In this document: positions 60,525 to 64,000 of the stretch, in pieces
How positions within the stretch are numbered: the stretch's first letter is position 1
How the letters are laid out: the number at the start of each line of letters is the position of its first letter
Assembly (NCBI RefSeq): GCF_036321535.1
Contig: NC_087437.1
Coordinates: 53,570,001-53,634,000 of the forward strand
Origin: Camelus dromedarius
Taxonomy: Eukaryota
Direction of reading: 5' to 3'
Length of the DNA: 64,000 nt
Notes under the pieces: model-generated
The model's input: the letters and a program-made list of their open reading frames with translations, nothing else
Told to the model about the DNA's origin: nothing
The model's database searches: none
Program-made: the position numbers and the translations under genes

Positions 60525-60750
60525 GCGCCATTTGTTAAGCACCTGCCATGTTCCAGGTGTGGCAGGATCCTTCTAACCCTCACAGCAATCCTGTGAGGTA
60601 GGTGGTTTTGCACACATTTTACACATAAGGAAATTGGTGCCCAGAGCATTTGTGTCATTTGCCTAAGATCACACAGTGATGACTAATGAAACTGGGATCC
60701 AAATCTAGATTCGTCTGACTCTGAACCTGCGTTCACGTGAAGTTTAACAC
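60525..60750 (-). mobile_element. MIR SINE
   Basis: catttgttaagcacctgccatgttccagg...cctcacagcaatcctgtgaggtagg...cattttacacataaggaaattg...gcctaagatcacacag. Confidence 0.85.
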
Positions 60751-60879
60751 CACTCTTCCAAACTAAACTGGGTCTTGTGTGGGGGTCTTCCTCATCTCAG
60801 GCCTGGTCCTTGTCTCGTCAGTGCTGGGGTCGGGGGGGTGGGGGCGCTGCACCTAGGTTTTCTTGGCTTCTGGGCCTAA

Positions 60880-61075
60880 TCTGAGTTGAGATCCTGGCTC
60901 TGCTTCTGAACAGTAGAGAGATTATGGGCAAACTCCGCAACCTCTCTGAGCCTAAGTTTCCTCCCTTGTAAAATAGGTTCGACAGTTACCTGCCTTATGG
61001 GGTTATTCTGAACGTTAAACAGGTGCTTGGCGCAATGCCTGGCCCGTAGTAGGTGCCTAAGAAGCAGTGGCTATT
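60880..61075 (+). mobile_element. MIR SINE
   Basis: atcctggctctgct...aacctctctgagcctaagtttcctcccttgtaaaatagg...tgcctggcccgtagtaggtgc. Confidence 0.85.
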
Positions 61076-61221
61076 ACTCGTTTGTTGGTGACTTGCTTTC
61101 AGGGAGTGGAGAAGGGCCCTGGGCTGCGGCATGCCTCCCCTCCTGCTGCTGACCGCGCGGCTCTGCCCCCCCCACCCGCCCCCGGCTCAGCCATTCCCTT
61201 CCCTGCTCTGAAGCTTTTTAT

Positions 61222-61368
61222 TTATTTATTTTTGCGGGGAGGCAAGTTAGGTGTTTATTTGTTTATTGTTAATGGAGGTCATGGGGATTGAACCCAGGGC
61301 CTTGTGCATGCTAGGCATTCACTCTACCATGGAGCTGTATCCTTCTCAAGGAGCTGTACCCTCACCCT
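61222..61368 (-). mobile_element. Vic-1-like SINE (long form) with perfect 13-bp TSD
   Basis: aatggaggtcatggggattgaacccagggccttgtgcatgctagg...ctctacca; TSD tgaagctttttat at 61209-61221 and 61369-61381. Confidence 0.92.
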
Positions 61369-61826
61369 TGAAGCTTTTTATCTGCTCTGCGCTACATGCC
61401 CGATGACTGCCCAGCTCACCCACCTGATGCTCACAGTCCTGGGAACACAGAGGTAATTAGGTGGTTCAGGTGCTCTCTGCCTAGCGGGGGAAACGGACAA
61501 GATAAGTTGTGTGTTAGGTTAGGTATTTGGGTCTTTGATTTCTCATGGTATTTGACGGTTAGCATCTTGAGGGCAGGGGGAGTAACACTTACCTCTGGGC
61601 CTTCTGTTCTGAGCCCACAGTTATGGGCATCTTGGTTGAATTGATTGATCTGAACAGATGTGGTCAAAAGGTAAGCTCACCACTGTGGCACCCCCAGGCC
61701 AGCGCCACTGGGGAGTTAGAGGGAGGGTGGGGAGCCCAGGGGCAGCCTTCTCCCTTGTGTGGCCCTCCTCCTTTTCCCTCCACCCTCCCGAGTCATTCTA
61801 TGATTAAGTCAGCTTTCAGGGTTTGG

Positions 61827-61942
61827 TACTTTTTTGATGACTTGTAGGGGAGGGAAGTGCACTGGCTTTAGAGCCAGACATTCTTACTTTTTTGATGACT
61901 TGTAGGGGAGGGAAGTGCACTGGCTTTAGAGCCAGACATTCT
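61827..61942. repeat. Perfect 58-bp tandem duplication
   Basis: tacttttttgatgacttgtaggggagggaagtgcactggctttagagccagacattct at 61827-61884 and again at 61885-61942. Confidence 0.97.
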
Positions 61943-62749
61943 TGGGCAAGTCATATAAGGCTCCGCCAGCCTGTTTCTTTCCTCTTCTATAAAATGTTGA
62001 TATGGTAGATTCAACATTGTTGAGAGGGTTCTCTGGAGATCTTTGAAAATTTTCAGTATCATCTTCATTGTTACCAAGTTCTCATTTACTGACCAGAGCC
62101 CTAGCTCACTTGACAGGTGAGGACCTCATGCACGTGCTGTCAGAGCACATAATCCCCCCACGGATGCAGCCATGCACAACTGAGGAGCTGAAGTGTGTTC
62201 TGTCCCTTACTAATCATGAATGTGGAGCTGTAGGCATTTATACATCTATTAAAAGAAATTCATATTGAGTGTAAACTTTCCTTAATGTGGACTAGCAGCT
62301 TGCCTTCTTTGGGAGCTGTAGTTCACAGGCAAACAGTTATTTCTTTCACATCCTGAGAGAGAAAGGGCTCAGAACTCCCTGCACCCTGGGTCTCAGGGTG
62401 AGCTCTCTCACAGACTACAGGACTGGCTCCTGTCACCTTTCTGTTGCACATACATCCCAGCTGAGAAAACTCAGACTGTTTTGTGTCCAGGACCTTTGGG
62501 GTTCTGAAATTGTCAAAATCCCAAATGTTGACTCTGTACATGCCAAAGGTCCACTGTAATGATGACAACCGTCCAGGGCTGCTAAAGGATTCAGTGAGAT
62601 AACATGTCAAGTGTCTAGCATCCTTGGCATGCCTTGGGCTTGGAACTCCAGCACCGTTGGTTTCCCTTTTAACTGAAACTGCTTGCTTCTGTGATTAGGT
62701 GGGTATGGCTGTGGCTGAGAGAGTGTCACAGTCCAACAAGATCAATGTT

Positions 62750-63045
62750 GAGTACAGGCATGGTCCTTAGATTCAGACAGCTCTAGGGGGAGGGTGTAGT
62801 GGTAGAGCATGCTTACCATGTACCAGGTCCTGGGTTCAATCCACATTATCTCCTCTAAACAAATAAATAAACCTAATTACCCACCCCCAACCAAAAAAAA
62901 AAACAAAAAAAAAAAAACTGGGCAGCTCTGGGTTCAAGTCTTGGCGCTGCCACTCACTAGCAAAAGCCCCTTCATCCCTTTGAGAGTCAGCTTCCTCGTC
63001 TGTGCAGAGGGAGTGATAACAGTGCCGGCCTCAGAGGACAGTGGA
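62750..63045 (+). mobile_element. MIR SINE interrupted by a Vic-1-like SINE
   Basis: ttagattcagacagct[SINE]ctgggttcaagtcttggcgctgccactcactagc...cagcttcctcgtctgtgcagaggg. Confidence 0.75.
62786..62917 (+). mobile_element. Vic-1-like SINE (long form)
   Basis: gggggagggtgtagtggtagagcatgctt...ggtcctgggttcaatcc...aaataaataaacctaattaccc plus A tail; CAGCTCT repeated at 62778-62784 and 62923-62929. Confidence 0.9.
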
Positions 63046-63769
63046 GAGAGGGGTCTTGGGGGTGGGATTAGGGAGAGCTGAGGTCTGGCCTCTGAAGACA
63101 TATCCGAACCTGCCGACTGCCACCACAGGTGCAGATATAAAGTGGTCTTTGGGTATGTGAGGTGGGAGGGAGGGGGATGTAAGACACCCCAGAGAGCCGC
63201 CCTGCCTCCTAGGAGGGAATGACCAGGGGCCGAGAGCCCTGGCCTGGGGCCGCGCGAGTGCAGCGCGCTCTCCCCCAGGGGGTGGGTTCTCAGCCACGCA
63301 GGGTCATCTGGCGCCCAGTTCGGGTCATCGCTGGGAGGAAGGAACTGTGAAAGGCCCGCCTCCATGCAAGGGCTGTTAGTATTGACTCCCCCACTTCCCA
63401 CCCCAGCCACACAACAGACGGGAATTATTCACGCCTCCCCTTTGGGTGGGGAGCCCAGAGTTGATGACATTTGGTATGAAATTCCTGGAGACTTGACTGA
63501 AGCTGAGGTCCCACCACCCCACGTCCCCAGCAGCTCTGGGCCGTCACGGGACTCACGCCAGCGAGCTCCCTGGACTGTGGAAGAGCCCCTGCTAAGTAGG
63601 GACTGAGGATGCCTGAGCCCATGTGTTGACTCATTGGCCAGGTCCACCTGGGCTGAACTGGCATTGTCCCCTCTCCTCTCTTCCCCGGGAAGGCCTGATC
63701 CTTCTATTCTGCCTAAGACCACTCTCCTGTGAATGTCATATTCTTCAAAGCCTCTGTTCATGGTTACTG

Positions 63770-63876
63770 GTTCAGACCGATTAACTCACAATCTCCTGAG
63801 GAGAATATTAGGCATCTGTATTGTTTAAGTGCTCCCTAGGTGCAGTTAATGCTCAGGCAGGATGGAGAGACAGTGT
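63770..63876. mobile_element. MER5-like hAT fragment
   Basis: aatctcctg...aggcatctgtattgtttaagtgctccctaggtg...taatgc...acagtg. Confidence 0.5.
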
Positions 63877-64000
63877 TCTAAGTGGTTCCTTCGCCCACAC
63901 TGAACTTCAGGGCTGTGGGATGAGGGGTCGGGAGCTCCTCCAAGGACAGACTTGGTCAAACTCTTTCTCCTCTACATTGTCTTCCCTTTTCTCTTCACGT

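Noticed and set aside
1..64000. CRISPR array, operon, prophage or other novel multi-gene system
   Set aside because: There is no regularly spaced repeat-spacer array and no gene-dense region; the dispersed repeats are known mammalian transposon classes and the remaining short ORFs lack recognisable homology.

Overview
This is mammalian non-coding genomic DNA, not prokaryotic. Ten copies of a tRNA-Ala(AGC)-derived SINE with the Vic-1 architecture, cetartiodactyl-type L1 ends and a MER41-like LTR point to a camelid genome (alpaca/llama/camel; inference from recalled consensus sequences, no search run). The window is dominated by transposon relics: L1, HAL1, L2, L3/CR1, many MIRs, MaLR/ERVL/ERV1 LTRs, and hAT and Tigger-type DNA elements. 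I recognise no host protein-coding exon; the only ORFs with recognisable homology are decayed L1 ORF1/ORF2 pieces. Most L1 fragments and all four LTRs are on the minus strand, while the best splice-site pairs are on the plus strand. This suggests intronic or 5'-UTR sequence of an unidentified plus-strand gene, with candidate exons at 26377-26514 and 36286-36395 and candidate alternative promoters near 35.6-36.1 kb and 39.3-39.7 kb. The most unusual structures are a scrambled L1 insertion (2307-4735) and a perfect 58-bp tandem duplication (61827-61942). I find no support for a novel biological system. Repeat subfamily names and boundaries of old repeats are approximate.
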